Assembly: GCF_009914755.1 (NCBI RefSeq)
Contig: NC_060947.1
Direction: 5' to 3' (one strand)
DNA from: the human T2T-CHM13v2.0 reference genome, Homo sapiens
Length of the DNA: 64,000 nucleotides
Every line of letters starts with the position of its first letter. Positions within the stretch are counted from its first letter, which is position 1. Under the pieces are notes generated by a model that was given only the letters and a program-made list of their open reading frames with translations, was not told the origin of the DNA and made no database searches. This document shows, in pieces, positions 1 to 14,187 of the stretch. The translations under genes were made by a program, and so were the position numbers.

Positions 1-29
1 AAGTATGTGCATTTTCTGTACATTAAACT

Positions 30-270
30 ACAATGAAAAAATTTTCAGTTTACAGTTAATTGAATTTTCACAGAGTGAACAGTGCCATTTAAATAACATC
101 TAGTCAAAAAACAAATGCTACTTGCACTTCAGAAGCACCCTCTGATTACCTGCATCCCCCAAAAGTAATTCTAATTTGATTTCTATCACCACAGATGAGC
201 TTTGCCCAATTTGAACTTCATATAAATGAAACCGTACAGTATAGACTCTTTTGTGGCTTTTTCTCAACAT
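30..270 (-). mobile_element. Ancient L1 (L1M-type) 3' fragment
   Basis: Motifs such as ttgaacttcatataaatgaaaccgtacagtatagactcttttgtggc resemble reverse-strand L1MC/ME 3' UTR. Confidence 0.55.
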
Positions 271-499
271 TGGAAAGTCTGCTTTTGGACAGGTTGAATT
301 TGACGTGTCTTATGGATATCCAGATGGAGATGTTCTGGAAGAGTGTAGAAATACCCACATAGAAAGCAGAAAGTTCACTCCCTGGACTTAAATAGTTTTT
401 CTCTTTTTCTCTTGTGCCTCATTATCCTAAAGCACATTTATGGCAGGTAGAGATGCAGAGAAGGAGGGAATACTAATTTATACAGTTTCTCATATTCTC

Positions 500-620
500 C
501 AAATAGCCCTGCTAGAATGTAAGCTTCACAATGGCAAGGACTTTGTCCTGCTCACTGCTGTTTCCTCTATACCTAGAAAATATCTTGTCTCATTACAGAT
601 ACTCAATACATAGATGTTGA
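500..620 (+). mobile_element. L2 3'-end fragment
   Basis: ctagaatgtaagcttcacaatggcaaggactttgtc...actcaataca resembles the L2 3' terminus. Confidence 0.6.
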
Positions 621-1756
621 GCTAATTAGTTATAGGCAAAAATTGGGGAATCAACTAAGATATTTGAAACCTTGGGTTTGACCACACCCATTAAAGGGTA
701 AACTGAGGAAAAGGAAGCTACAACAAAAAAGGCAGTTCCTTGAGGAATGTCTATACTCAGGAATAGAAAGAAGCTATACTGAAGGGGAGACTAAAAAATC
801 AATCAAATTATACTTTTAGTACATAAACCCATTTTAGTAGTTTCTTGCCAGCCTTATAGACATAGATCTAGTTGCCATGACTAGGCAATTATTGGTCAAT
901 TACAAGCATCGTTGCATTCACAATAGAAGGCTTTGCAATGTGTGACTTAGGAGTTACATTATGTATTTTTTAATCAACTTGAAGACAGAATTTCATTTTC
1001 CTTGAATCCTTAGGATTTGAGCTGTCAGTAATTATGCAAAGATCATCAAGTCCATGAAAAGTGCGTATCATTTGAAATGTTCATTAGCCACAAAACTGAT
1101 TTTTCTTTTAGTTTCTGATTCATTAAATCCGATCATATTCGTAGTGTGAAAAGTGTCAGGAGCCCTGGTGGGAGGCTGACTAGCCCATCCATTCAAACCT
1201 GCACAAAAATTCCCTCTCCTGCCTGAGCCCCAGGACAGGAACAGCTGATGCCCAAGCAACAAACTTTGTCTGCAAAGTATTACAAAATAAAAGCAAACAC
1301 ACAGGTGTGGACTTTCACTAGGTTTCTCTGGATGTGTATCTAGAGTTTCCCAGATGACTGAAGTGTCCACATTCCAATGATTCGCTTTCTCTTCTTTAAT
1401 TCAATTTATATTATATTTGAATTTCACTTTTAGCATTATCACATTTCTTTCTCTGGATTTGCATAATGTCTAGAGTTTAGAATAAGCTGTAAGGTTCAAC
1501 GACATGTTCATTTGTATGACTGACGCTATGCTATGTAATTTACATTGGTCTGTCATCCCAATTAGATTAAGTTCCTTGACTTGAGGGCAAGGCTTCGTCA
1601 TACTAGTTGGATTAAAAACACATGTGGTATCGGACAAAGAAAGTGTGTAAATACTCAAACAGTTGTTAATTAATTAAGATTCTTTTTACATTTAGAAATA
1701 TTGCAAAATATCCCAGAGTGTTGGCTTTCTATGATGATAACTGAACTTAGAATAGT

Positions 1757-2393
1757 TTAGGAAAAGATCACAGTGTAACTAATTTATTCATATAGATGGG
1801 TAATGATACATTATTCCTGGGCAGTGCTCACATGACAAAGAAAGTAAAGAAAGATGGCAGCATCTCCTCATTAATCAGCAGAGACAAAACAAGGAGGACT
1901 CATGTTTGTCAAAGCCCCGATGCATGTCTCTTTGCCAAGGAGACCCTATCACCTTCATCCCTTCCAGGTGCACAGAGAAAGCCAGGCCTCCCCTAACAAG
2001 CCATGTGGCCAGAAATCCAGGTCTGCTCCTCAACTGGGCATTTTCAGCTATCACCTGAGCAGCCATTTCCCTTCTTCAGCTATCTTATTTTGTTTTTTGA
2101 GTAACAAATTTATTTTGGAAATTGGGAAAATACCAAAAAGTACAAAAATCATGATAATAAACACACTGTTAGTGCTTGAATATAGTTGATTTTTGCTATG
2201 AATATTTTATGTGTGATAATCACATGGCATATTCAAAATTGCACATCTTTCTAAAAATTAGCACCTATAATTTTATAAATAACATATGTTTACTGTTACT
2301 TTTTTTAAATTCCTCACCAAAAAAGATTTTAAAAATGGCCAAAATCAGGCCGGGCGCAGTGGCTCACGCCTATAATCCCAGCTCTTTGGAAGG
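1757..2393 (+). repeat. Left arm of ~640-bp inverted duplication (derived copy; ends 46 bp into an Alu)
   Basis: Reverse complement of 3405-4045; by eye about 11 substitutions and one 4-bp indel; identical ORF translations appear on opposite strands in the ORF track. Confidence 0.97.
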
Positions 2394-2596
2394 TGGGATT
2401 AGACATAGGGTCTTAGGCTTATGGAAGAAGAGAGATGAAGGGTGGAAAGGTGTTGATAGGAATATTAGAAGCAGATAAAGAGAGAGTGTGTCTGAATCAT
2501 TAACGTAAGTTTTACAAGTGAAAGAATTGCACACCTTTGAGCACATGTTGATTTAAGCTGGTTGACTGGGAAGATGGCATTTCATGGTAGTCAGTA

Positions 2597-2811
2597 CCAG
2601 GATTTCTCCACCTCAGCACTACGGACGTTTGGAGCAGGATCATTCTTTGCTGTACAAGGCTGTCCTATGCACTGTACAGTGTCGAGCAGCATCCTTGGGC
2701 TTTCACCTACTAGAGGCCAGTGGCACACCTTCCCCAGACAGCAAAAAATGTCTCTGGACATTGCCAAATGTCTTCTGGGGGGCAAAAATTGTTCCAGGTT
2801 GAGGACCACTG
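2597..2811. mobile_element. MER20 (hAT-Charlie) DNA transposon fossil, inside the inverted-repeat spacer
   Basis: ttctccacctcagcact...gtctctggacattgccaaatgtc...ggttgaggaccactg; similar to the copy at 58565-58802. Confidence 0.85.
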
Positions 2812-3113
2812 CTTTCTATCTACAAGCAGAATAACTGGGGTTTGTGACTGTTTTTTAACTGCCTCTTGGCTTTTGTCTTTTTGACTTCCCCATGTATCAT
2901 TGCAATAAGCCCAGCCAACTGTGGTCACCCTGACAGTATCTCAGATGTATCTTGAAAATTATATTTAGTGACAGGTTTTATTCAGTGTTCTTTTCTTTGA
3001 ATAGGGAAGTACTCTGGAATACCCATAATGGATGTGATCAATATTCAAGTCTTTATTACATCACCTTCCATGCAGGGCCAGTGAATTCCTATGGACTATT
3101 TCTACATATTTGA

Positions 3114-3450
<337 letters not shown>

Positions 3451-4089
3451 TGATTTTGGCCATTTTTTAAAGTTTTTTTGGTGAGGAATTTTTAAAAAGT
3501 AACAGTAAACATATGTTATTTATAAAATTATAGGTGCTAATTTTTAGAAAGATGTGCAATTTTGAATATGCCATGTGATTATCACACATAAAATATTCAT
3601 AGCAAAAATCAACTATATTCAAGCACTAACAGTGTGAGTGTTTATTATCATGATTTTTGTACTTTTTGGTATTTTCCCAATTTCCAAAATAAATTTGTTA
3701 CTCAAAAAACAAAATAAGATAGCTGAAGAAGGGAAATGGCTGCTCAGGTGATAGCTGAAAATGCCCAGTTGAGGAGCAGACCTGGATTTCTGGCCACATG
3801 GCTTGTTAGGGGAGGCCTGGCTTTCTCTGTGCACCTGGAAGGGATGAAGGTGATAGGGTCTCCTTGGCAAAGAGACATGCATCGGGGCTTTGACAAACAT
3901 GAGTCCTCCTTGTTTTGTCTCTGCTGATTAATGAGGAGATGCTGCCATCTTTCTTTACTTTCTTTGTCATGTGAGCACTGCCCAGGAATAGTGTATCATT
4001 ACCCATATGTATGAATAAATTAGTTACACTGTGATCTTTTCCTAATGTCTTAGGCTTATGGAAGGGGTCCAGAAGTTCATTAGTGTTTG

Positions 4090-4545
4090 CCTGTTGGATA
4101 ACCATTCCTCATCTTGTAGGAACAGCTCCCTTATGATCTCCCCTGTCCCCAGGCCGTGGGGAAGGATGAGCTTCAGCTGGGATACTCCATCCAAATCTGT
4201 TTATGCAGAGTGCAACTTCCCAAGAAATCACAGTCGGTCCAAGGATGGGTGTGTCTGAGGCAGCGCAGCATTCTGCAGGGACTTCTGCTGAAACTCTTAG
4301 TAAAGAGAAGCAATCTGTTTCTTGCTGACTTAGAATTTAGAGAATGAAGGCTGAGGGAAACGTACCTGGGAACGACGCCAACACACAAGGCAGAACAGAG
4401 GGTGACAAAGATGGCATTATTGGTACCCCTGGATGCATTGTGCCTAAAACCAGAATCCTCCTGAACTTCTCAGTTGTGAAAGAATAACTTCCCTTTTCAG
4501 CTTCAAGCATTTCAAGATAGGTTTCTGTGCCTTTCCATCAAGTGG
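4090..4545 (+). mobile_element. Old ERVL-class LTR remnant (LTR16/LTR33-like)
   Basis: 3' motif cctgaacttctcagttgtgaaagaataacttccctttt...tttctgtg resembles such LTR ends. Confidence 0.4.
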
Positions 4546-7500
4546 CCTGGTGGCTTCCTCTCTTCTATGACTCCGTGGCTTCTGCTTTCTCTGTTTCTGT
4601 CTACTCTTTCTGAGTATATCAGACCTAAATTTCTCAATGATATCTCATCAGTAAGCCTGTTAACACCCAGCTGAGAGCTGGTTATGGGCAGAGATGTAAA
4701 TCAAGCACAGAATGTTTCTCTTGTGTTAATCCCCCTTCCTTGGTTCTAAAGACATTGACTGGTGTCATGGGCTCACATTATAACAAGTATAACCACCTCT
4801 GACCATCTCAGAGGGGGCTGTGGACACAGCAGATAATCCAAACCTTCTCCAAGTAGACGGAAAGCAACAGGTCAACCAGATCAAGTTCTGCAGTTTCAAT
4901 CAATGCACATAAACTGAACTAAGACATCAAGCATTTGTTCAGGAAGGATTTGTGGGGGCCATATTTTCTGGGTCTCTGCATATCTAAGAATGCCCTTCCT
5001 ATAACACTTTTCTTGAAAATCTGTAAATTCCTCTCCATTATATTTGGATATTCACGTTTTCAGAGGAGAGGCTGAGATGATGTGAGTTTATTTCGGTTAC
5101 AAGCAACAAAACCCAATTCACTTAATATAACCCAAAAAGAAGAAGAAGAAATATTGACTCAATGTCATTGGTCTGGCTTGAGTCACGTGCTCAACTCTGT
5201 TCAGAGAAAGGGCTTCCTAATTGATGAGCCTGAATCCCATGGTCAATCTTGCACTAGGTGACAGTTTCATTTGATTGACAACACCAGGCAGAAGAGCTCC
5301 TAAAATAAATGAAGGGCCACGTTACCTAAAGAAGGAAAGGGAGAACTGAGGAGCAAGTAGAGAGGGAAATTCCACTGAATTTTTAATACCTTATAGATAA
5401 ATTTTTTTTTCTCCTTAAGTGCATAAAATGTCAATCCATTTTCTTAGAAGTACTTTTCATAAACTAAAGAAATTTTTCAGTTTTGTCTTTTTTTCCATTT
5501 TTCCCCTCAAAACAATCTTAACTACCTCTGATGTCAATTTTAATACTGCTATTGCACTTTTAGTTTCCTTGTATTCCTTCTGGTATCACCCATCTTGTTT
5601 CCTCATGTTATCCTTTGTTTTTGTTGTTGTTGTTGTTGTTTATCTTACCCTATTTTCCTCTTATTACTTTATTCTCTGGCCTATTGCCTTACATCATTTT
5701 TTGGGATTCTAAACAGTTTTCTAGAACTCTTTTATATTTTTTGATTTGATTCATATTAGAGGTTCACTCTCCCTCTGAGGTTTCAGAATGATATTGTTTT
5801 CTAATTCTGCAGGTTTTCCCACAGCATCTATATTTGTTTGGTTTTGTTTTGTTCTTGTTTCCTGGTCATATGTAAAAAAGGACTTACCCATTTGTGGCTT
5901 CTGCCACAAACAGGCTGCATAGATTGCACTCATCTTTATATCCATTGGGAATGTTTTTCAAATTCCATCCTTCTATTAAGACCAACTGACTGATATACAT
6001 AGCTCCTGGTTTGAACCCCAATGTATAGCAAGTTTTCATTTATCATTTGCCTTTTACCTGCTCTACTGAAATGAGATCTTCCTGGTTTTCCAATGCCAGA
6101 GTATCCATACTCCATTCCAAAGGAGTCCATGAAAAGCTGCGGTTCTCTAGATGCATTTTGATTTGGTTTATGCCGACTATCCACCCCAGGATATTACATG
6201 CAGCCACCAGCTCCACCCAATCCTCTTCCTGCCAAATATTTCCAAAATGCTGTTTTCAGACAAAAATGTGGGGGCTTACAATAGCTACCTTAAAAAAGGT
6301 ATGGTTCCGTCTTTGCTTTGTAGACCCTGCCTTTCTTTATCATTTTCTTTATTGAGGAAAAATTAATAAAAATTGTATATATTTAGAGACCCTCTATTTC
6401 TGGCCTAAGAGAAAGGAAGTGGCAGAAGAGAGATCTTTGCATCTACATTCGTGTTGACCAAGAGATCTATAATGTTCTAGCTAGTTCTATCAAATGAAAT
6501 TAGTGGAATTTCTTCACAATTTATGGCAATAAGTTATCTACTGGTTTTCAGAGGTAATAGGGTGAGAAGTGAAACCCAAGAACTGATGACCTTAAGAGAA
6601 ACTGGAAAATTTCTCTGATGTTTCATCAATTTTTAAAAATTCTTATAGTTACAAGCATACAAACCTGAAACAAACAAACAAAAAATTTCTGTGTGTGTCT
6701 AGGGCAGTTTGGCATAGCAAGGAAAAAGGCATTATGAGCTTCTTTGTCCTGTTGTATAGTAAAGCTGGGGGAAGAAGAATCCCCAGATTTAAGGAATGAC
6801 AGAATCTGCAAAAACAAACAAGAGGAAGAAAACCTGATCTTCTGTAAGGAGAAAGAAGGTCTATGGCTTTGGAACTAGCAACCTAAGACTGTTCCAGCAG
6901 CTATAGGCATATATTACAGGTTGCCTCCAGAGTGTGCATGTGTGTTGTGTGCTTGTGTATGAACCAATGTGTGTGTGCACTTGTAACTGGGGCTTCCTCG
7001 CATGCTTCTCTGATGGCAACAGCATAACATAACCAGCAAAATCATTAGCCAGAGAGTCTTGGTGTTATAATTACTCTATTATTTCTGCTTTGAAAAGCTT
7101 GACAGATCTCTTCAACAAACGGTGTTGGGAAAACTGAATATCCACATGCAAAAGAATTAAATTGGACCTTCATCTTACAGCATACACAAAAATCAACTCA
7201 AAACATAGGAGAAATTTAAACATAAGACCTAAAACTTTAAAACTCCTAGAAGAATGCATGGGGGGAAAGCTTCATGACAGTGATCTAGGCAATAATTTCT
7301 TGGATATGACACCAATAGAATAAGCAACAAAAACAGAAATAGGCCGGACTCTATCAAACTAAAAAATCCTCCTCACAGCACAGGAAACAATCAGTGGAGT
7401 GAAAAGGCAACCTATGGAATGGGAAAAAAAATCTGCAAACCACATATCTGATAAGTTAATATCTAAAACATATAAGAAACTTCTACAACTCAGTAGCAAA

Positions 7501-7695
7501 AATGAAAAATAATAACCTGATTTTAAAATGGGCAAAGGACCTAAATAGACATTTCTCTAAAAAAGACATACAAATGGATAACGGGTATATGAAAAGGAGC
7601 TCAACATCACTAGTCATCAGGAAATGCAAATCGAAACCACGATGAGATATCACCTCACACCTGTTAGGATGGCTATTATCAAAAAACTAACAATA

Positions 7696-8012
<317 letters not shown>

Positions 8013-8220
8013 TTATCAAAATATGGAGAAATTGGAACTCTTGTGCATGTAAAGGAGAATGTAAAATGATGTAGCCATTATGGAAAACAGTATGGAGGTT
8101 CCTCAAAAATTTGAAAATGTGCTCCAGCAATCCCACCTCTGGGTACATATCCAAAAGAATTGAAGTCAAGATCCCAAAGAGATATCTGCACTCCCATATT
8201 TATTGCATTATTCACAATAG

Positions 8221-8523
<303 letters not shown>

Positions 8524-10358
8524 TGACGCACTTATATGAGCTCTCTAAAGTAGTCAGACTCACAGAAACAGAAAGTTGAGTGGTGGTTCCTGATAATTGG
8601 GCGGAGAAGAAATGGAGAATTGCTATTCAATAAGCATAAAGTTTTAGTTATACAAGATAAATAAATTCTATACATCTCCTGTACAACATTATGCCATATT
8701 TAACTTGACAGAGTTTTCTATTGTCAATAACAAAAAAACACCCCACAATTGTGCATTTGAAAAAACCAAAACAGAAATCCATTCAGCAAAAAATGTTTCA
8801 GATTTATAAACTAATAAACTGTATACATTTGAGCAGGGTTCATTATCCAGGTCTTCTTGAGGGATGGATTGCTGAGAGGTCAGAATCATGACCTGCCATC
8901 CCTCCACTGACTTCCTAGCCTTCTGGTTGACCGGCAGCCCCAGTGACCACAGCAGGGAATGTCAGCTTCTGTCTTAGTTTAGTTTCTTCACAACCAAAAG
9001 TTTTTGACTGCGCTTTCCAATGTTGCTACTGAGAGTCTCAATTTTCCACTGACTGTGTTTTTCTATCTGGGTACTTTTACCCACCTGTGATCCACTCCTA
9101 TCGTTCAACAGAGTTTACTTTCCTTGCATTGACTATTACAGTGAACTTTTCCTAGATGCTCTCTGTAGGCCACTTTTAGCAGTGTATAATTTCCTGCTAG
9201 TCCCATTCCAAAATAATATATATATGCAAATAAGTCCACCAATACACATTTCAACAATTGCTTTTTCCCAAAGGTTATCTGATTCCTCAATTTCTATCCT
9301 CTTAAGGGAGTCAGCAAATATGGGAGGGTGAAGAACAGATTTTTCTTTGCTGCTAAACTTCATCACCAATTACCTTTTTGCTTGCTCGTTGATAGAAAAG
9401 GCAACTAGAATCACGAATCAGCAAGTTAACATTTGCATCCAAGGAATGGTTTAAAGTAATGAGCAATAAAAACATATATGAATATTTCATTTCTAAGTCA
9501 GTTTCCCCCTTAAGTTTTCTAAATTGTTTATTTGCAGAGTCAAATGCCAGGCTGTATTTCCCACTCTTTAGAAATGACAATTGTTAGATAGAAAAAGAAT
9601 CGTTATCCATTGCAAATGACCAATATGCATTATAAGACAATGCCGAAGGGATTCAAATCAATATTAGAGGTTTCAGGGTGGTTTTTACTATGTAAACCCT
9701 AGTTCTATAATTTCAGAGCTGGTAACTCTCATTTCGAACATATTTTTATGGATTCCATCTCAAATGTGGTTCTACCAAAAAATACTTTGTTTAAATTGCC
9801 TTAACATTGTGAATTGTGCTCACTTGATGAGAGCACATGAGGAGTTGGAAGTATAATGATATTCTAAAAATACCAATGATTTGCACATTCTTTTCCATCT
9901 CAGAGCAACTGGATTTATTACACATTTTTATCTACTTGTCAGGCATGGAGTAAGTGGTTAGCATGGACTCTCCAAGTACTATTGTGCTTTTAAAATGAAA
10001 TGATCAAACCACAATCTAAATTTGTAAATTGAACCATACTGAGTGTGTTCTCAATGAGACAATGAAGTCCATTCTTCCTTTAAATCAAAAGATAATTTTA
10101 CATTCTCTAACTCTACTCATCAACTTGCATTTCAGCCTTTCAGCAAATGGAGCTGTAGCAAATATCTTTGCACAATGTCTTTGCCCAGACTCACTCATTC
10201 TGTGAGTCTGAATTATATTGATTATCCATCTGTCACTATTATAACCGTCCCTCACCTGGACATTTGATCAATAGCACGCAGTCTTTCTTCCTTATCACAT
10301 ATCTTCTTAAATTCTTCTAAATGTAACCACACAACAATCAACAAGGAGAAAAGGGGAA

Positions 10359-10718
10359 TATATATATACACATATATACATATATGTGTATGCATATATA
10401 TGTATACACATATATGCATACACGTATACACATATATGCATACACATATATATATATATGCATACACATATATACACACATATATATACATATATACGTA
10501 TACACATATATACACATATATACGTATACTCATATATACACATATATACGTATACTCATATATACATATATACGTATACTCATATATATACATATATACG
10601 TATACTCATATATATACATATATACGTATACTCATATATATACATATATACGTATACTCATATATATACATATATACGTATACTCATATATATACACATA
10701 TATATACATATATATATA
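10359..10718. repeat. (TA/CA)-rich low-complexity tract containing a 26-bp minisatellite
   Basis: cgtatactca recurs at 10523, 10549, 10573, 10599, 10625, 10651, 10677 (spacing 26,24,26,26,26,26). Confidence 0.97.
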
Positions 10719-13055
10719 GTAATTTCCAGTAGAGAGTCTGAGGGTTGTATTCATGTAAAAATACAAAAAGCATCCTCATCCTTAAAAGTTGAGGAAAGAG
10801 GTAAAAGTTACATAAGTTTTTTAATGCAATATGGTTCTCAAAATGCATAACTGAAGCATTACTGCTAACTGAATCCAAAAAGTGAATCTATACAGTTTAG
10901 TCATTATAAGAAGGTAACTTTCTACAGGAGCCCTTTTCTGTAAGTTTAGGCTTTTCTTTAGATTCTATGAAAAGGGGATAATAATACCTCTTTCTAGGTA
11001 TGATATTCAAAATATTTAACCATCATATGGCACAGGTACCAACAAAGGAGAAGGGGCACTAAACAATCACATGGGCCATATAGACCACTGTGGAGGCAGC
11101 CACACACCAAGGGGCATTAGTTGACAAACAACTCTCCCTAGTTCACAGGGCCGGTGGGGTCAAAGGATCAAGAGGCAGTGCCTTTAGGGGAGCCTTAAAC
11201 ACAGGATGCACCTGAAAATGTCAGCATGATCCAAATCAGGTCCCTGGCCATGGTAGGGTTATAATGCAATTGTATGCATCATTCTGGAGAGCCTCCTCCT
11301 ATTAAATAAGGTCTAATTGACACTAAATTATCTGAAAAACGGATGTGAAAACCTCATTATGTTGACTCCTCACTTATAATCCAAAAGAGGAATGGATAGA
11401 AACTTCCATACCAGACACAAACTACAGTCACAGATTCAGGGAGAAGCAAAAACACTGATAGACATGAAGGCTTCGATAGCCATATGCCATTCGCAACAAT
11501 CATAAAGAAGTCAGTGGAAAATTCTTTTTCTTCCACAATTACAGGGTCTATCCTTAACCACTAGGACTTAGCAGAATGGAACTGGATAAGATCTCCACAG
11601 GTGTACTGTGCTCATATTCAGTGTAGTGTATACTAAAAGAAATTGTTGGGAGAATGGAGGTGTCCAATTTATTAAGGGATTCTTCACTGAGTGCCTCTCA
11701 TATGTCTCATATGTCATGTGTCTCCTGATATGCAGACATTTTACTTGGTTTTTCAGGAATTTAGAGGAACTGGTTTAAGCAACACATATCTATTAAACAA
11801 CTTATCTGTCCACAATCCCACTTGCCAAAAGGAAATGCCAGGACGTGTAGCTGCTCTGTTGTCTTGATGGTAACCTGTTCAAGATTGCCCCAGTTGCTAT
11901 GGAGACAATGAATATCTTGGGTTGAGTTCACAGTGCAGAGCTTCGGGGACAGCACAGCCAGCAAGTGCAGGAGTCAGAACCTTGCTGCCATATGGGTTCT
12001 GCAGCTGTCACAGTAGAGATCTTAAAGGAGGCATGGTGGGGGTGGGAGGTGGACAGAGGAAGCTTTGTTTTTTATTGAAAATAAGGTAAAAGACAAACAA
12101 GCAATGAAGGAATGACTGATTTAAATGCAATTCGAGTGCTAAATGAGTCCACCATAGCCAACGGTATTTTAAATGATCTCCAATGATTAGAAATTAATTT
12201 CCTAGCATGACTTTAGTCAAAGAACACGATGTGATGAATTCTCACTCTCTGAATAATTGCAGCTATCAGCCAAACTAACAGCAGGAAGATGGGGAAATGG
12301 GTGAATAATCTAGGAGATAAATGCGTGTCCCCTGATGTTCCCTGCATAACTTTTGTAAAAAGCAGGTGATAGCATTTTTCTAATTGTTTTTGAACTTTTC
12401 TGCAGAGGTTATATGTCTGAAATTCAAGTGTTGGCTGACAATAATCTCCCATGACCAATTACCTTCCACTGCAAAGGGAGTTAATACATTGCAGAGATTT
12501 TTTTTCTTAATTATTATTTAACAGGTACATAAATATAAATTGACTTTTAATACAGCTTTATGATAATGGAAGACTTTGGTTTTTCACATGCTAATAGAAA
12601 ATTTTGAAGATGAACTGTGAAATGACTTATCAAACAACCCTTCTATTGTTTGGTATTAGCACTGAGAACCCAAATGTTGAAATTGTAGGGTGTCTATCAA
12701 AATACTTTGCTTTATTTTTTTTGACTGGAAAGGTTATGTACTGTTAGGGAGACATGTAGTTATATGCTAGGTTTTTAAATTGTTTTTAATTGAAGAAATG
12801 AAGGCCAAACAAATGTCCTTCCAAGCATGAGGTCATAGAGGAATAAGTACTGGTTGGGTAATGGTCACATCATTAAATCATGCCTGGAAACCATGCAGCT
12901 TCAAGTCATTGTTTGTAGGTAGAAGGGACAATATAGCAAGGCCTCTAAAATTCATTCTGCCTCAAGATATATAAGGGCTATTTCCATGCAAGGCAGTAAA
13001 ATCCCAATACTAGGGTCCTATTTCAATTTCTTTTCTTCTAGTCAATACTGAGGTA

Positions 13056-13484
13056 GAGTTGAACCTTGAACAACATGGGCTTGAACTGCATGGATCCACT
13101 TATAAGTGGATTTCCTTCCACCTCTGCTACCCCAAGACAGCAAGACCAACCCCTCCTCTTCTTCCTCCTGCTCAGCCTACACAACATGAAGACAATGAGG
13201 ATGAAGACCTTTATAATGATTCACTTCCACTTAATGAATACTAATTTTTTTATTATGATTTTCTTAATAACATTTTCTTTTCCCTAACTTTCTTTATTGC
13301 TAGAAACATCATATAATATATAAAACACAAAATATATGTCTTCACTGACTGTTTATGTTATTGGTAAGGATTCCAGTCAACAGCAAGGTATTAGTAGTTA
13401 AGTTCTGGGGGAGTCAAAAGATGCATGCAGATTTTTTTACCACACCGGTGGGGTGGTCCATGCCTCTAACCCCTGCATCAACTC
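13056..13484 (+). mobile_element. Tigger2a/MER28-like TcMar-Tigger fossil
   Basis: gagttgaaccttgaacaacatggg start, gacagcaagaccaacccctcctc internal, ...caactc end, TA on both flanks. Confidence 0.85.
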
Positions 13485-14187
13485 TATATTATTTGGTTCA
13501 ACTCTATATTATTTGGTTCCTTTGACACCTTCTCCTTATCACTAAGCACCCATAAATTTCTAGCACTGAAATAGATACTAGGAAAGAGAGAATAAAGAAC
13601 AAACCAGTTCCCTTGCCTCAGAGAGCCAAGAATAAAATTTTGTTTGAGTCATGAAAATGGGTGTTTGGAAATAAAATCTAACCTTCCTGAATTCAGCAAT
13701 TGAAATGGCTGGGAACCATAGAATATTGGAACTAAGAAAAGGCCTCAGAGGCTAAAAGCACCAAGCCTTCTTGTTGTACCAATGACAAAATTAAAACTCA
13801 GAGAACTGAAGTCATTTTCTCCAAAACTGCTGTTGTCTAGTCACCTTAAAGCAATGTATGCTGCCCTTGCATGGTAGAAGAAGGGTTGGCTTTTCATGTG
13901 TTCAAAGGGTAATTGTCTATTCATGACTGCTAGGTAGTTCAGTGGGAAACCCCTTCTCCCTGCTTTGGGGCCAGGGCTGTGCTCCTCAGGATATAGCAAA
14001 AGTTGAGCACAGAGTAAGAATCTAAGTAGCAATGTTTTGCTACTGTTTTTAGTCAGCAAAAACCTACTTAAAAGACTGCTGATTACTGGTTAATGTGAAT
14101 TTAAAACAGTGAACAATTAGTGTTGTTTATGTTCTCCTACCTTATGCTCCATGCTACCTCACTAGCATGAATTAAAAAGTTACTTTT

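Noticed and set aside
10523-10700. Regularly spaced 26-bp repeats as a CRISPR-like array
   Set aside because: No unique spacers, no cas genes, primate context; a simple minisatellite.
10252-10878. Long Y/I/H/T-rich ORFs
   Set aside because: Translation of the TA/CA tandem repeat.
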